From Candidatus Melainabacteria bacterium 17Bon1m (GTDB lineage Bacteria; Cyanobacteriota; Vampirovibrionia; Obscuribacterales; Obscuribacteraceae), in NCBI GenBank assembly GCA_032128875.1, contig JAVLKG010000004.1:480001-544000 (forward strand): a stretch of 64,000 bases of DNA, read 5' to 3'. Below the pieces are notes generated by a model. That model was given only the letters and a program-made list of their open reading frames with translations. It did not search any database and was not told the DNA's origin. How positions within the stretch are numbered: the first letter of the stretch is position 1; every line of letters begins with the position of its first letter. Below are positions 10,238 to 21,590 of the stretch, piece after piece. Both the position numbers and the translations under genes were made by a program.

Positions 10238-11839
10238 TTACGTCTCTTGCACAGGATGATACTGTTCCTCTTCGATGTTGAAAGTCCAAGCAACTGCTTC
10301 TTTTGCTGTCTGCATGTAAGGCGGAACTCGTAAGAAGTATTCACGGAAACTACCATCCGGTTCGGCAGTAGAATTCTTTACTCTAACCATAACCAGGGGC
10401 TCATCTCCGGACATTCGTTTGCGATAAAGAGTGCCGTATTGATCTTCGTTGATGATGTCGGCGTTTGATTCCATCAAGTATCTGGGAATGCCGAAGCGCT
10501 CCATCATTATGCGCCGCACTTCCAGATTGATCTCACTGTCTATCTCTTGGACTGTTAATGTTTCAGGAGAAACGGCCGTCTTTTCCGCTACTGTGACACC
10601 GTTGACTGCGTACATAGAATAACCATCTGCATATTGCAACACAGGACCTTCGGTCGAGTGAAAACGCAAGTCGTCATCGAGACTTACTATTAGAGGCGGT
10701 TTTGTGACGAAGGCAATTTCCGCAAAAGGGCAAATCGGTGTGCGATTGGCCAAAAATTTCCGCAGGTTGCGCACTGCATTCACTGTTTCTTCGCTGAAGA
10801 TGGCTCCCAGACCTGCGTCCACGAGGAACGTAAAATTGGATAAGCGCTCTAGTTTAGGGTGCCACACAATGCTGTTGAATCCGACGGCTAATTGGCCTGT
10901 GAACCAGAGTCCACTAGAGCCTCCGTCTACGATAGCTTCAAGAACGGGCGGGTATGATTCATAGATCGTGGGTTCAAGATTTCTGGCACTTAGCGCATGA
11001 GCCAAAATGCCCACAGTTTCCTCGCCTAGCTGTTTCAACAACTGCTCTTCCAGTTCACCTTGTTTTACCAATTCGTCCCTTACCAATGAAGTTGCATCTC
11101 CTCTTTCTCTAAAGATGCGTAGAGCTGCACGCTCTGTGGTTCCCATATTAGTCAGATTCTGCACTGCTGTACGCAATTGATTGACTCGAATCATTTCAGC
11201 CTGCAGGTCGATGTTGTGGAGATTCTCAATCTGACCAGGCATGCCACCGTCGAGAAAGAGGGTGTCAGAGAAGATCCAGTCTCGTATTTCGGGAGTGACG
11301 GCTGCGTCAAATTCCATTTCTAAGCACGAAACCATTGATTCGAAAAAGCCTAATCGAGAATCAATGCTCTTTCCTCTCGGTCGACCGAATATTGAAGCGA
11401 TGCCGTAAGAAGCCGGGCGCTTGCCGGTTTCAGCCTCGCTGCTGGCGTCCAAATATGAATTATGTTCTGCCCTCTGGGCTAGCAGTGTTTCAATATCAGT
11501 GTCTGAAATTTTTTCATTCATTGCTGAGATGACCTTATTCCAGACCGGATCCGTAATTCTCTCTTGAATAAACGCCCATGTCTGAGCGTCTGCCAGTGCT
11601 CGAATACGAAGCAACGCCGGCATGAGCATCATTTGCATGGGGCTATCTACTGATACTACTAATGGTGCCGAGAGCTTTAATAGCCCGTAAAAACTTTGAA
11701 TTATTTCTCTGTACTTTTCATCAGACAGCGGTTCTACAGCTTGTGCCAACCGCTCATCCCAATCACTGCGGTAATTGGAAAGTAGCTGCTGTGCTTCGGT
11801 TGGGAGTTCGCAGAGTTTTTCGCCGGGTTCTTTTGTCAT
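10238..11839 (-). CDS. Hypothetical protein with C-terminal DUF6745-like domain
   Basis: FHSTEGPVLQYADG, NLEVRRIMMER, VKNSTAEPDG..REYFLRVPP...AVAWTF signature. Confidence 0.75.
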   Translation of the reverse strand: MTKEPGEKLCELPTEAQQLLSNYRSDWDERLAQAVEPLSDEKYREIIQSFYGLLKLSAPLVVSVDSPMQMMLMPALLRIRALADAQTWAFIQERITDPVWNKVISAMNEKISDTDIETLLAQRAEHNSYLDASSEAETGKRPASYGIASIFGRPRGKSIDSRLGFFESMVSCLEMEFDAAVTPEIRDWIFSDTLFLDGGMPGQIENLHNIDLQAEMIRVNQLRTAVQNLTNMGTTERAALRIFRERGDATSLVRDELVKQGELEEQLLKQLGEETVGILAHALSARNLEPTIYESYPPVLEAIVDGGSSGLWFTGQLAVGFNSIVWHPKLERLSNFTFLVDAGLGAIFSEETVNAVRNLRKFLANRTPICPFAEIAFVTKPPLIVSLDDDLRFHSTEGPVLQYADGYSMYAVNGVTVAEKTAVSPETLTVQEIDSEINLEVRRIMMERFGIPRYLMESNADIINEDQYGTLYRKRMSGDEPLVMVRVKNSTAEPDGSFREYFLRVPPYMQTAKEAVAWTFNIEEEQYHPVQET

Positions 11840-11908
11840 TAACGCAAAGGATTCGCCAATGGAACTATTTGCTTGATCATACCCGGCTGCAGAAGTTTCA
11901 GGCGGCAG

Positions 11909-12517
11909 TTAGAGCCACTGGATCGTTGCTAATGCCTTTTCAAAGCTAGAGCGATATTTCTCGTATAGTTCCTTTGTTTGGGCCTCGAAAACAAGTTCTT
12001 CGATGATACAGTCTTCTCTTTCAGGATTGGAATCGACGAAGAGCCCGCAGTAGTATGCCTGGGGCTGCATATGGCTATTGTGAAAGACTCCGTATACTGC
12101 CAGTACTTTCTTGCCGTTAAGCAAAATCGATTCCATTCTTTGTAGGTAAAAACGCGGTCCGCCGATGCCAGTTTCGGAGTTGGTCAACTGATTATTGCCT
12201 GCATTGCCGAGAACATCGACCATTTCGCGGACAACCAACTCGGCTTGCGGGTGGCATAGGTGACTAGACTGGGAGTCGCTTGAATAGATGACACGCGGAG
12301 GTTCAGCAAGGATTTTTCTGAATATGCTTGCGTCATGTACTGCAGTGGGGCTGCCGCGAAACATTGAAGTGATGCTGACGTCGCCAGAATCTTTCTTTTC
12401 TCTTGGGTGAAAAGAGCGGCGCCAATTCTGCCCCATTCCGCCATAGAGAGTTTCTCCTCGGGCAAAAGAGTCAGGCAATCTTATTGATTTTATAGCTCCG
12501 AATTGATCAACAGGCAC
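11909..12517 (-). CDS. Hypothetical protein, possible PsbP/DcrB-like fold
   Basis: 202-aa ORF with AGAGGA SD; C-terminal helix-strand ending (YEKYRSSFEKALATIQW) resembles that fold. Confidence 0.5.
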   Translation of the reverse strand: MPVDQFGAIKSIRLPDSFARGETLYGGMGQNWRRSFHPREKKDSGDVSITSMFRGSPTAVHDASIFRKILAEPPRVIYSSDSQSSHLCHPQAELVVREMVDVLGNAGNNQLTNSETGIGGPRFYLQRMESILLNGKKVLAVYGVFHNSHMQPQAYYCGLFVDSNPEREDCIIEELVFEAQTKELYEKYRSSFEKALATIQWL

Positions 12518-12528
12518 TTCTTAGTCCT

Positions 12529-14532
12529 CTAGACGAAATGCATTTGCACCGGTTTTTGCATGGTGTTGGGCCTGCCAGTAAGGCGTGAGCGCTCTTCGGC
12601 TTGTTGATATTCGCCCATAGCTTTTACAAAGTCTAAATTGGCTTGTCTTTCCATGTTCTCGAGTTGAGCTTTGAGCCTTTCTCGCTCTAGTCGTTCGCGC
12701 TCTTTGACCTTTTCTTCTTCCTCGTTTTTCTTCTTCTCTTCGTCTCTTCGCTTGTCGAACTCGTTTTTAGTTTCGTTCGGGTTTTGACCGGTAGAAGGAC
12801 CGAATCTTGTGCCGTCATCAGGTACGCGTCCGCCGCCGCCGCCTGGGACATTCCAATTTGCCTTATTTGTCGCGATGTCTACGTCCCTGTCGCTGACGCG
12901 TCCGAGATCGTTTTTGGCGCCCCAGTTGTTATCTAGTCTGAAAGAACCGTCGCTGTTGAGGCTGATGTTCATGGCATGCATTCCATGACCGTTTCTGCCG
13001 CCTCCGGGCAAGAATGGCGCGTTGACACCAAGTTGACCTGATTGTCCGGTTTCTTTCTGGAAGTCTGACAGTTTTTGCCTTAATTCATCAGTATTTTTAA
13101 AAGTGCTGATTTTGAGATCGGGCGGGTATCCTGGCGGAGGCGCTTCACCTTTGCCGTCTCTGAACAAGCTGGCGCTGGCAAACACCGCACCATCCGCGCC
13201 GCCATTGGCTCGGTTGAGATGTGCGACATCCCAGATACCGACTTGCGGTCCGTCGCCTTCATAGTGCAATCCGCCTTTGCCATCTCTTGAAAAAACGCCT
13301 TCATTTGTCGATGTTTGACTGGAGCGTGCACCGCGCTCGTTGGCATGAGCAGCCATGTATACGTTAGAGGCGTTATGTATACCTTCGGCAGAAGTCTTGC
13401 CGCCTTCGCGCTCTGATTTGAGGTCGGCAGCTAGTTGACCGGCAAAAGCAGCATAAACTTGCCCGGCCGGACCTTGCTTGCCATTGTCGCCGTAATTCTG
13501 TGAATTGACCGTGCGGCTGGCTTCGAAGTCAGGTTTGAGACTGAGGGAATCTACTTGAACTACCCTTTCTTTACCTGGGATAGTTTCGCCGTTAGGACCG
13601 GTTCGGTCTTGCTCTTTGGCAATTGTGTAGCCGTTATTGACGAGATCTCTGGTTCGTTCGGCGACGTTGGCAGGATCGCCGGCTTCCAATTCTTGCTTGC
13701 CCATTGAGTGCAAAGCACAGGTCATGTGTTGACCTTGATTGACATATTTATCCGGATTCTCAGTGCGCATAGCCGAGTCTTTGACTATGTTTTTGCGATC
13801 GCTGGCAGTCAAGTAATCTACCTGTCCGTCAGTCAGTCTGCCACCCTGCGGCTTATCCAGGATTTCTTTGTGCGCAGTATTCATGCGCTGCATTTGCTCT
13901 TCAGCACTGCCTTTAAGGTGTCCTTCCGACTCTTCTTTCTTCAGGCGTGCATAAGTGTTTTCTGTGACGCGCTGTGCTTCTGCCTCTGAAAAGCCGGCCC
14001 GCCGTAAAGTATCGCTATAGTCGCTGAGGACGAGTTCTTTATTTAACTCAGGTCGATCGATTTTGTCGGCGACCTTTGTTTTGTCTAAACCGGCTGTCTC
14101 ACCAGATTTTGTCTTCTCATCGACTTTAGTATCGCCAATTTTTGCATCAACGCCGGCTGCCTTAGTCTTATCTAGTGAACCTCTCTGTTCGCCGTTTTCG
14201 ACTTGGCCACCCTTCTTTTGTTGACTGCCCAAGCCTTCTTGCGTCTCTGCTTCGCCGTCAATACCGAGACCCAATTGGCTGAAGGCTGCGGCATATGGCG
14301 TTCCGCGTAGTGATCGGGCTAATTCTGCACCCCTACCGTATATGTCGCCCCAAGAATTGATATCTGCAAGATTGAAACTATCGGTAGGCTTGTACTTTTC
14401 TGCCAGCTTAGACACATCGTTGTAAGTCGATGTCAGCTCTTTGTCTGACAAAGGCGAGCTTACGGCTACTTCGGACTCGGGCGTATCCCGAACCTTAGCG
14501 GGTGCGTCATTTTTTTGCTGAGTTTCTGTCAT
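12529..14532 (-). CDS. Large hypothetical protein with putative papain-fold cysteine peptidase motifs
   Basis: NQGQHMTC, GMHAMNI, RLDNNWG in papain order; low-complexity N-terminus and charged coiled-coil C-terminus; start moved to ATG 14532. Confidence 0.6.
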   Translation of the reverse strand: MTETQQKNDAPAKVRDTPESEVAVSSPLSDKELTSTYNDVSKLAEKYKPTDSFNLADINSWGDIYGRGAELARSLRGTPYAAAFSQLGLGIDGEAETQEGLGSQQKKGGQVENGEQRGSLDKTKAAGVDAKIGDTKVDEKTKSGETAGLDKTKVADKIDRPELNKELVLSDYSDTLRRAGFSEAEAQRVTENTYARLKKEESEGHLKGSAEEQMQRMNTAHKEILDKPQGGRLTDGQVDYLTASDRKNIVKDSAMRTENPDKYVNQGQHMTCALHSMGKQELEAGDPANVAERTRDLVNNGYTIAKEQDRTGPNGETIPGKERVVQVDSLSLKPDFEASRTVNSQNYGDNGKQGPAGQVYAAFAGQLAADLKSEREGGKTSAEGIHNASNVYMAAHANERGARSSQTSTNEGVFSRDGKGGLHYEGDGPQVGIWDVAHLNRANGGADGAVFASASLFRDGKGEAPPPGYPPDLKISTFKNTDELRQKLSDFQKETGQSGQLGVNAPFLPGGGRNGHGMHAMNISLNSDGSFRLDNNWGAKNDLGRVSDRDVDIATNKANWNVPGGGGGRVPDDGTRFGPSTGQNPNETKNEFDKRRDEEKKKNEEEEKVKERERLERERLKAQLENMERQANLDFVKAMGEYQQAEERSRLTGRPNTMQKPVQMHFV

Positions 14533-14888
14533 CTGGTGGTTTTTGGTAAGCGGAGCCCACACTCCAAAGCTAGAGGTGAAATATTGCAAATTCTTTGCAA
14601 CACATAGCTGGCAGCTTCCATTTAAATTCGCAAAAGTATCAACGGAGTTTCAATGAAAACAGCAGGGCTGGCGGCGTGGGAACGTGCTGCAGGCAGTTTC
14701 CGGGGATTTGACAGAACAGTGCTAGGCGGCTAGTAGGTCGCAAATCGCGGTGGTTTTCTTTAGCCTTTTACTCAAAGCCCGGAAAGATTTGTGTTAGGAA
14801 CTGATTTTCGAGTTTACAAGTAGCCGACAAGGAAGATGGGAAGCGGCTAAAATACAAGCCGTACGTTGCCAAAAAAGGGAGTTTTGCC

Positions 14889-16151
14889 GTGGCTGGACTG
14901 AAAGAAGTTGATCCGGAAGTCTTTGAGCAAATCAACAAAGAGTTGAATCGGCAACGGCACGGGCTGGAGCTGATCGCGAGCGAAAACTTCGTTTCCAGAG
15001 CCGTTTTGGAAGCTCAAGGTTCTGTTCTTACCAATAAGTATGCAGAAGGGCTGCCAGGCAAGCGATATTACGGTGGTTGCGAGTTTGTTGACAGTGTCGA
15101 GCAACTAGCAATCGATCGCTTGAAAAAACTGTTTAATGCTCCGCATGCCAATGTTCAGCCACATAGCGGCGCGCAGGCCAATATGGCTGTTTTCTTTGCA
15201 ATGTTGCAACCAGGCGACACCATTATGGGAATGGCCCTCGATCAAGGTGGTCACTTGACTCATGGTTCTCCGGTCAATTTTTCAGGCAAGTGGTTCAACG
15301 TTCATAGTTATGGCGTTGATCCTGAAACCGGAAGGATCGATTACGACAATGTTCTCAAAATCGCCAAAGAAGTGAAGCCGAAATTGATCATCTGCGGCGC
15401 CAGCAACTATCCGCGCATAATCGATTTCGAGCGCTTCCGTAAAATCGCGGACGAGGTCGGCGCATATTTGATGGCTGACGTTGCTCACATTGCCGGTTTG
15501 ATTGTGGCTGGTTTGCATCCGAACGCGTTTCCTCATGCACACTTTGTCACTACGACTACTCACAAAACCTTGCGCGGACCGCGCGGTGGCGTCACCATGT
15601 GCCAGGAAGAGTTTGCCAAAGAAATAGACAAAGCTGTCTTTCCAGGCTTGCAGGGTGGTCCTCTAGAGCATGTAATTGCGGCTAAAGCAGTGGCTTTTCA
15701 CGAAGCATTGCAACCCGAGTTCAAGACTTATCAAAAACGAATTGTCGACAATGCTAAAAAATTGGCGGAGACAATCATGTCTGAGGGGCTGGCGATTGTG
15801 TCCGGCGGAACCGACAATCACCTTATGACTGTGGATCTTCGACCGATCAAAATGACCGGCAAGAAAGCCTGCGCGATTCTTGAGACTGTGCATATCACCA
15901 CAAACAAGAATGCAGTGCCTAATGATCCTGAAAAACCAATGGTAACCAGCGGAATTAGAATCGGCACGCCAGCTGTGACTTCGCGCGGATTGGGCGTGGC
16001 AGAAATGGAGATTGTTGGACGCCTGATTGCCGAGAAATTGCGCAGTCCGGAAGATTCAGCGGTGCAAGAGCGCATATTCAAGCAAGTCTCTGAATTGTGC
16101 GATCGCTTCCCGCTTTATCGCTCAGAAGACGAGTTGGTTCGTGCTAAGTAG
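14889..16151 (+). CDS. glyA: Serine hydroxymethyltransferase
   Basis: [29 protein letters not shown]-lysine motif. Confidence 0.98.
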   Translation: MAGLKEVDPEVFEQINKELNRQRHGLELIASENFVSRAVLEAQGSVLTNKYAEGLPGKRYYGGCEFVDSVEQLAIDRLKKLFNAPHANVQPHSGAQANMAVFFAMLQPGDTIMGMALDQGGHLTHGSPVNFSGKWFNVHSYGVDPETGRIDYDNVLKIAKEVKPKLIICGASNYPRIIDFERFRKIADEVGAYLMADVAHIAGLIVAGLHPNAFPHAHFVTTTTHKTLRGPRGGVTMCQEEFAKEIDKAVFPGLQGGPLEHVIAAKAVAFHEALQPEFKTYQKRIVDNAKKLAETIMSEGLAIVSGGTDNHLMTVDLRPIKMTGKKACAILETVHITTNKNAVPNDPEKPMVTSGIRIGTPAVTSRGLGVAEMEIVGRLIAEKLRSPEDSAVQERIFKQVSELCDRFPLYRSEDELVRAK

Positions 16152-17466
16152 TCAAACCAAAACAACAGCGAATACAAAAGTAGTGCCACCTAAAAAGCGA
16201 ACTGGATATGGAACGATTATTTGCCAGTTGTTGGTGCTGTTTGTCGGCATTGGCTGGACTGTGCTCATCTCGCAGAATAAGCTGGACGAGACGCATATTC
16301 CTGGCTTTCTAATCGCACTTGCGGTTAGCTGGTGGTTGACGCCGGAAATTCGGCAGCGCGCCTTGAAATTGGGTCTTGTAGATAAGCCCGGCGACGAACG
16401 TCGTATTCACACGGTAGCTGTGCCGCGCCTTGGTGGCGTCGGCATCTATATGAGCTTTATTTTGACGATTACAGCTCTGGCTGTAATCACAGGGCGTTTT
16501 CCACAAGATGCTCGAATAGTCGAAGGCGGTCTTGGGATTGCTGTAGGTGGGACCATCGTCTTCATTCTCGGTTTGATTGACGATTTGGAATCGTTGCCTG
16601 CAAAAATGAAACTAGTGATCCAGGTTTTGGCAGCAGGTGCCGCTTACTCACTTGGTGTGCGGATTCGAGCGATACCAATTCCTACTGCATGGGTGCCTAT
16701 CGATTGGGGATTCTTGCATCTGATGCCGGGTGAGCCTATTCAGTTAGGGCTGCTGTCTTTGCCAATCACAATTTTGTGGTTGGTGGGTGTTGCTAATGCA
16801 GTCAACTTAATTGACGGTATGGACGGATTGGCAGCAGGTGTGTCGCTGATATCGGCACTGACAATCTGGAGTATTTCGCTGGCAGACAGCATTGATAAAC
16901 CTTATGCCGGGTTGATGGCAGCTGTCTTGGCTGGAGCGCTATTAGGATTCTTGCGTTGGAATTTCAACCCCGCGCGGATCTTCCTTGGAGATTCAGGAGC
17001 CTATTTAGTCGGTTTTGTTTTAGCGGCAATTTCGATAACAGGCGTGATAAAAGGCGCAGCAGCTGCGACTGTGATTGTGCCTACCGCATTTCTTGTTCTA
17101 CTGATTCTATTCTTCCCTTTGCTCGATACATCGTGGGCTATCGTGCGGCGAGCGGCGCGTGGCAAATCAGTGTTCGAGCCTGATCGCCAGCACATTCACC
17201 ATCGACTTTTGGATACTGGGCTTTCACAGAAAAAGACAGCTTATGTTATTTACGCTGTGTCCTCATTGCTTGGTTTGGTAGCGGCTTTCTTTGTAGGGCA
17301 ACACTGGTATTTCTTACAAGTTGGCGGATCTGTTCTGCTTATGGCCTTCTTCTTTGCGTTGGTCTTGAACGGGCATAGGAATCGACGCAAAATGACGCCG
17401 ACAGAAGTTTATGGAGATGCTGTAGAAGAGCCTCCACCGCCTGCCTCAGACCCGGCCGATAGTTAA
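16141..17466 (+). CDS. Polyprenyl-phosphate N-acetylhexosamine-1-phosphate transferase (WecA/TagO, glycosyltransferase family 4)
   Basis: [33 protein letters not shown]; multiple TM; GTG start overlapping the glyA stop assumed. Confidence 0.9.
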   Translation: MLSSQTKTTANTKVVPPKKRTGYGTIICQLLVLFVGIGWTVLISQNKLDETHIPGFLIALAVSWWLTPEIRQRALKLGLVDKPGDERRIHTVAVPRLGGVGIYMSFILTITALAVITGRFPQDARIVEGGLGIAVGGTIVFILGLIDDLESLPAKMKLVIQVLAAGAAYSLGVRIRAIPIPTAWVPIDWGFLHLMPGEPIQLGLLSLPITILWLVGVANAVNLIDGMDGLAAGVSLISALTIWSISLADSIDKPYAGLMAAVLAGALLGFLRWNFNPARIFLGDSGAYLVGFVLAAISITGVIKGAAAATVIVPTAFLVLLILFFPLLDTSWAIVRRAARGKSVFEPDRQHIHHRLLDTGLSQKKTAYVIYAVSSLLGLVAAFFVGQHWYFLQVGGSVLLMAFFFALVLNGHRNRRKMTPTEVYGDAVEEPPPPASDPADS

Positions 17467-17487
17467 TTGATTGGAGATGGAAAATTG

Positions 17488-18327
17488 ATGAGCCAAGTAA
17501 ACCCCAGAGCCAAATGGTTCTATTTTGCGGCGTCTTTATCTGTCGGCCTAAACATAATGCTGGCTGCTGACGCTGCACCTTCGCTCTACGACGACTATTC
17601 TAAAAAAGCAAAAGAGTACATGGATCAGCGACACAGTCGATTTCCTGAAGCTGAAAAATTTCTGCGCGCCGCTCTTTTTCAAGCAAAACGTTATGGCACT
17701 GACGACAAACGTTATCGCAATACTCTGCGCGATCTTGCTGAATTGAACTATCAGAAGGCAGATTTTAGAGATGCCATTCCTCTGTTTAGCCAGTCGGTTT
17801 CGCTAGCGCAACGGGCGGTTGCTAAATTGAAAGCGCAGCATGCCAGTCAAGCTGAGATTGCTGAAGAAACTCGTGAATGGGTAGCGGATCTGGCTGATCT
17901 TGCTGACTGCTATAGAGGTACATCGAAGTTTGAATTAGCTGCCGTTAGTTACCTGAAAGGCATCAAGAAATTGGATGGACTTGGTAAAGAAAACACCCTC
18001 CAAAGAGCGGAACTTGAGTCCGAGTTGGCTGATGTCTATACGGTGTTAGGAAAATACCAAGAAGCCGAAAAACTATATGAGAGAGCAATGGCTAGATTGG
18101 CTGAGAAGAAGACAGATCCAAAAGTCGACAGACGTAGCTATGAAGCAGTTTCTATCGATACCTTGCAAGACTATGCCATGCTTTTGCGCAGTACAAATAG
18201 AGTGAAGCAGGGTGATGAATTGCTTGCAGAGATGCGCAAAATGCTAGGTTTGCCTGAGCATCCTGCCACCATCCGCGATGCACATGCATTTGACGACGGC
18301 AAAAAGCTACCAGAGGCTGGACAATAG
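17488..18327 (+). CDS. Secreted or membrane-anchored tetratricopeptide repeat protein
   Basis: Hydrophobic N-terminus; LADVYTVLGKYQEAEKLYERA-type repeats. Confidence 0.75.
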   Translation: MSQVNPRAKWFYFAASLSVGLNIMLAADAAPSLYDDYSKKAKEYMDQRHSRFPEAEKFLRAALFQAKRYGTDDKRYRNTLRDLAELNYQKADFRDAIPLFSQSVSLAQRAVAKLKAQHASQAEIAEETREWVADLADLADCYRGTSKFELAAVSYLKGIKKLDGLGKENTLQRAELESELADVYTVLGKYQEAEKLYERAMARLAEKKTDPKVDRRSYEAVSIDTLQDYAMLLRSTNRVKQGDELLAEMRKMLGLPEHPATIRDAHAFDDGKKLPEAGQ

Positions 18328-18662
18328 CCCAAGAGGGTATTGCCAGCCGGTAGGTTTGCCTTCGGGCGGTAATTTTCGGCTGCGAATCAAGTGCAGCTGC
18401 GCACTTGCTATGTGCGATGCTTTACTTGATTCGCTTATACGCCGTTGTTCAATCGTAGATTTTGGTTCGATGGAAAAACGATGTATGTTGCTTTCGTGTT
18501 TTGGTTTTGATTGGTTTGTTTGGTGTCAGGTGTTTCGTCAACGCCTTCGTACTTGCTAATCTATCAAAACCATACGCAAAACTTGACAACCTTTATTTAT
18601 CCCTAACGTTTTCAAGATTTTTCGGCGCCTGATTGCCTTTTCGCAGGTGCAGGTAATGTGTG

Positions 18663-18694
18663 TGGAAAAAAGACCGTTAACGACCTTTTTTCCA
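18663..18694. repeat. Dispersed palindrome, copy 1 (GAAAAAAGRYCGTTAACGRYCTTTTTTC)
   Basis: TGGAAAAAAGACCGTTAACGACCTTTTTTCCA. Confidence 0.9.
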
Positions 18695-18724
18695 AGCTTG
18701 GGCGGGCGATAATAATTTGGTTTT

Positions 18725-19120
18725 TTGAGAACTGTTTTGAGCTATTTGGTTATATTCATAGGTGCCGGAATAGGCGGTATTCTTCGGTTTTTGTGCAGCA
18801 CTTTTGTGCACAAAGCTTCCGGCGGTTGGATGTTCCCCCTGGGGACGTTTGTGGTTAACGTGCTTGGCTGCTTGGTGATTGGTTATTTGATGCAATTGTC
18901 CGAATCCCGCGGAGTATTGCAGGGCGAGTGGCGCCTCTTTGTATTTGTAGGTTTGTTGGGTGGTTTTACAACGTTTTCCAGCTTTGGCATTGAGACTTTC
19001 CAGCTCATTAGAGATGGAGAGTACATTTTTGCAACTGCAAATGCGGTGGGTCAGGTTGTTTTAGGGCTGATGTTTGTCTGGCTGGGCGTTATTGTTGCCA
19101 GACTCTTACATGGAGGTTAG
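18725..19120 (+). CDS. crcB: Fluoride efflux channel CrcB/Fluc
   Basis: GAGIGGILR, FPLGTFVVNVLG, GLLGGFTTFSSF. Confidence 0.95.
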   Translation: MRTVLSYLVIFIGAGIGGILRFLCSTFVHKASGGWMFPLGTFVVNVLGCLVIGYLMQLSESRGVLQGEWRLFVFVGLLGGFTTFSSFGIETFQLIRDGEYIFATANAVGQVVLGLMFVWLGVIVARLLHGG

Positions 19121-19122
19121 CA

Positions 19123-19458
19123 ATGCTGGGCAGCACCGGACAAGTTTTAAGGGTATTTGTTGGTGAAACCGATAAGTATCAAGGTGTCCCTGTGTACGAG
19201 TGGCTTTTGAAAAAGGCGAAAGAACATGGTTTGGCAGGGGGAACTGCAGTCAGGGGAATTGCTGGATTTGGCGCACACAGCCAGATGCACTCAAGCAAAA
19301 TTTTAGATATTTCTGCCAATCTCCCGATCGTTATTGAAATTATCGATGTGCCGGATAAAATCGAGCAGTTTTTGCCTTTTGTGGAAGAGGCGATTAAAGA
19401 AGGGCTGGCTACAATCGAGCCAGCCCAAATAAGGCTATTTAGAAAAGAGAAGAACTGA
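19123..19458 (+). CDS. DUF190 / PII-like protein
   Basis: LRVFVGE, GLAGGTAVRGIAGFG, LPIVIEIID; usual crcB neighbour. Confidence 0.88.
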   Translation: MLGSTGQVLRVFVGETDKYQGVPVYEWLLKKAKEHGLAGGTAVRGIAGFGAHSQMHSSKILDISANLPIVIEIIDVPDKIEQFLPFVEEAIKEGLATIEPAQIRLFRKEKN

Positions 19459-19459
19459 T

Positions 19460-19774
19460 TTACGTTTCTATTGGCAGCTCGTCTTCCGGATCTGGCGGAA
19501 GGTTGTTGAATATTCTGTACTCAATTCGTTTTAGGCGTTCTAGCTCTTTGATGTGAGCTTCTTGCTTCGCTTCGATAGCTTTTTGGTCATACTCGCGGCG
19601 CTCTTTCTGCTTGGATGCTGCCATTTCCAAAATGCGGGCCCTATCCATATCTTGCTTTATGCGCATGCGTTCACGAGCTTCTTTTTTCTTGCGCTCTTCA
19701 CGTTCTTTGTCTTCGCGAAGCATCGCTTCATACTCGCGCTGCTTTCTTCTACGCTCGACGTCACTCATCGCCAA
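19460..19774 (-). CDS. Small highly charged coiled-coil hypothetical protein
   Basis: E/K/R-rich ORF filling the gap after the malic enzyme gene. Confidence 0.55.
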   Translation of the reverse strand: MAMSDVERRRKQREYEAMLREDKEREERKKKEARERMRIKQDMDRARILEMAASKQKERREYDQKAIEAKQEAHIKELERLKRIEYRIFNNLPPDPEDELPIET

Positions 19775-19863
19775 CAGCCTCGTAAAACATCACTATTTTT
19801 AGCTTAGACCATATTCCAGCTTAAGCTTACCCTATTACTACGTCAAGAGACGGAAAACCCCGT

Positions 19864-21369
19864 TCAGGCTTCTATTTGCTCGTCAGGAATGGGAATTAAG
19901 CTCTCTTTGTACTTGCGGGCAACCCCTGTCCTATTTGCCGCTTCTACAACTGCTTTTGCAACGGACGGGGCTATTGTTTGGTTAAATACGCCAGGCACTA
20001 TGTAATCTTCGTGCAATTCATTTTCTTGGATGACCGCAGCGATTGCGTGAGCGGCTGCGAGCTTCATCTCTTCGTTGATGTCAGTCGCATGACAGTCGAG
20101 CGCGCCCCTGAAAACACCTGGGAAGCAAAGTACATTATTGATTTGGTTTGGATAGTCGGAACGACCCGTCGCCATAATGCGAACATGAGGCATAGCTTCT
20201 TCCGGCATGATTTCTGGAATCGGATTGGCCATAGCAAAAACAATCGCGTCTTTAGCCATGTCTTTGAGGTAGTCAGCTTTTACTGTTCCTGGTCCTGATA
20301 GTCCAAGGTAGAGATCGGCACCCCTCATCGCATCCTTGAGAGATCCTTTTAACATCTCAGGATTGGTATGGTCAGCAAACCATTCCTTCATTGAATTCAT
20401 GTTTTCGGTGCGACCCTTATAAATCGCGCCGGAACGGTCAAAGCCAGTAATGTTTTTGACGCCCGCCGACATCAAAATTTTTGAGCAAGCAACTCCGGCA
20501 GCGCCAACACCGCTAACAATTACTTTGAGATTCTCCATTTTTTTGTCGACGATTTTCAAGGCATTGATAAGCGCTGCCAGCACGACCACTGCTGTTCCAT
20601 GTTGATCATCGTGGAAAACAGGGATATCTAGCTCCTTTTTGAGACGCGCTTCAATTTCAAAACATCTTGGAGCTGATATGTCTTCCAAATTGATGCCACC
20701 AAATCCGGGGGCAATGTATTTGACTGCTTTGATAATTTCTTCTGTGTCCTGCGTGTCTAAGCAAATTGGATAAGCATCGACTTTCCCGAACTCTTTAAAG
20801 AGCATTGCTTTGCCTTCCATTACAGGCATCGCTGCTTTTGGCCCAATGTTTCCTAATCCCAATACCGCGGTACCATCTGAAACCACGGCTACGGAATTGC
20901 GTTTGATTGTTAACTTATATGCGTTTTCCGGTTCGTGATGAATTGCCATGCAAACCCTGGCTACGCCTGGCGTGTAAGCCATAGACAAATCATCTCTTGT
21001 TGCCAGCGGAACTTTATTTGCTATGCGAATCTTTCCGCCCAAATGCATTAAGAAAGTTCGATCAGAGACGTTGATTACTTGAATGCCTTCAACTGTATTA
21101 AGTGCCTTGACGAGCTCTTCGCCGTGCTCTGAATCGCGTACATTGACGGTAATATCTCGGATGATATGACCTTTCTCTACGCCGTGGATATCGATTGCGC
21201 CGATGTCTCCGCCGATTTCACCAATTAACGATGTAACCTTGCCAAGCATGCCTGGCCTATTGGTAATTTTCAGCCTCAAAGTGAGGCTATAGCTAGCGCT
21301 TGGCTGTGCAAGGGAAGTACTTTCTTTTTTCTCTTCGTTCATTGTTGGTGTAGGTTTCGTAGAGGGCAT
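19864..21369 (-). CDS. NAD(P)-dependent malic enzyme with N-terminal ACT domain
   Basis: NRPGMLG ACT motif; [38 protein letters not shown]. Confidence 0.93.
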   Translation of the reverse strand: MPSTKPTPTMNEEKKESTSLAQPSASYSLTLRLKITNRPGMLGKVTSLIGEIGGDIGAIDIHGVEKGHIIRDITVNVRDSEHGEELVKALNTVEGIQVINVSDRTFLMHLGGKIRIANKVPLATRDDLSMAYTPGVARVCMAIHHEPENAYKLTIKRNSVAVVSDGTAVLGLGNIGPKAAMPVMEGKAMLFKEFGKVDAYPICLDTQDTEEIIKAVKYIAPGFGGINLEDISAPRCFEIEARLKKELDIPVFHDDQHGTAVVVLAALINALKIVDKKMENLKVIVSGVGAAGVACSKILMSAGVKNITGFDRSGAIYKGRTENMNSMKEWFADHTNPEMLKGSLKDAMRGADLYLGLSGPGTVKADYLKDMAKDAIVFAMANPIPEIMPEEAMPHVRIMATGRSDYPNQINNVLCFPGVFRGALDCHATDINEEMKLAAAHAIAAVIQENELHEDYIVPGVFNQTIAPSVAKAVVEAANRTGVARKYKESLIPIPDEQIEA

Positions 21370-21590
21370 AGTGATTTCTCTTTGCGATTTGCGGCAGGCT
21401 TAATGTAGAGCTGATGTGTTAAGCTGAAAAACTCTTATGAGGCGTCTTGTAAGGGTAGCGCTTTTCGTCTTGGAGAGCGCTTCTTGAAAGCAGCAATTAA
21501 GCTAAATTCGGCTCTGAATTAATACACAGGGGTTTTGTATTTTCAGTCTCGGCGCACAGAGAAAGAATTGAGTTATCAACAGGAGGCGGT

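Noticed and set aside
14600-14888. ZTP or glycine riboswitch upstream of glyA
   Set aside because: Only a partial CTGGCG..GTGGGA resemblance; no downstream CGCCTGGG pseudoknot partner
18328-18724. Fluoride riboswitch upstream of crcB
   Set aside because: I could not find the GGxGATGG..TCxCC / GCTxATGAC consensus; a cmscan would be needed to exclude it
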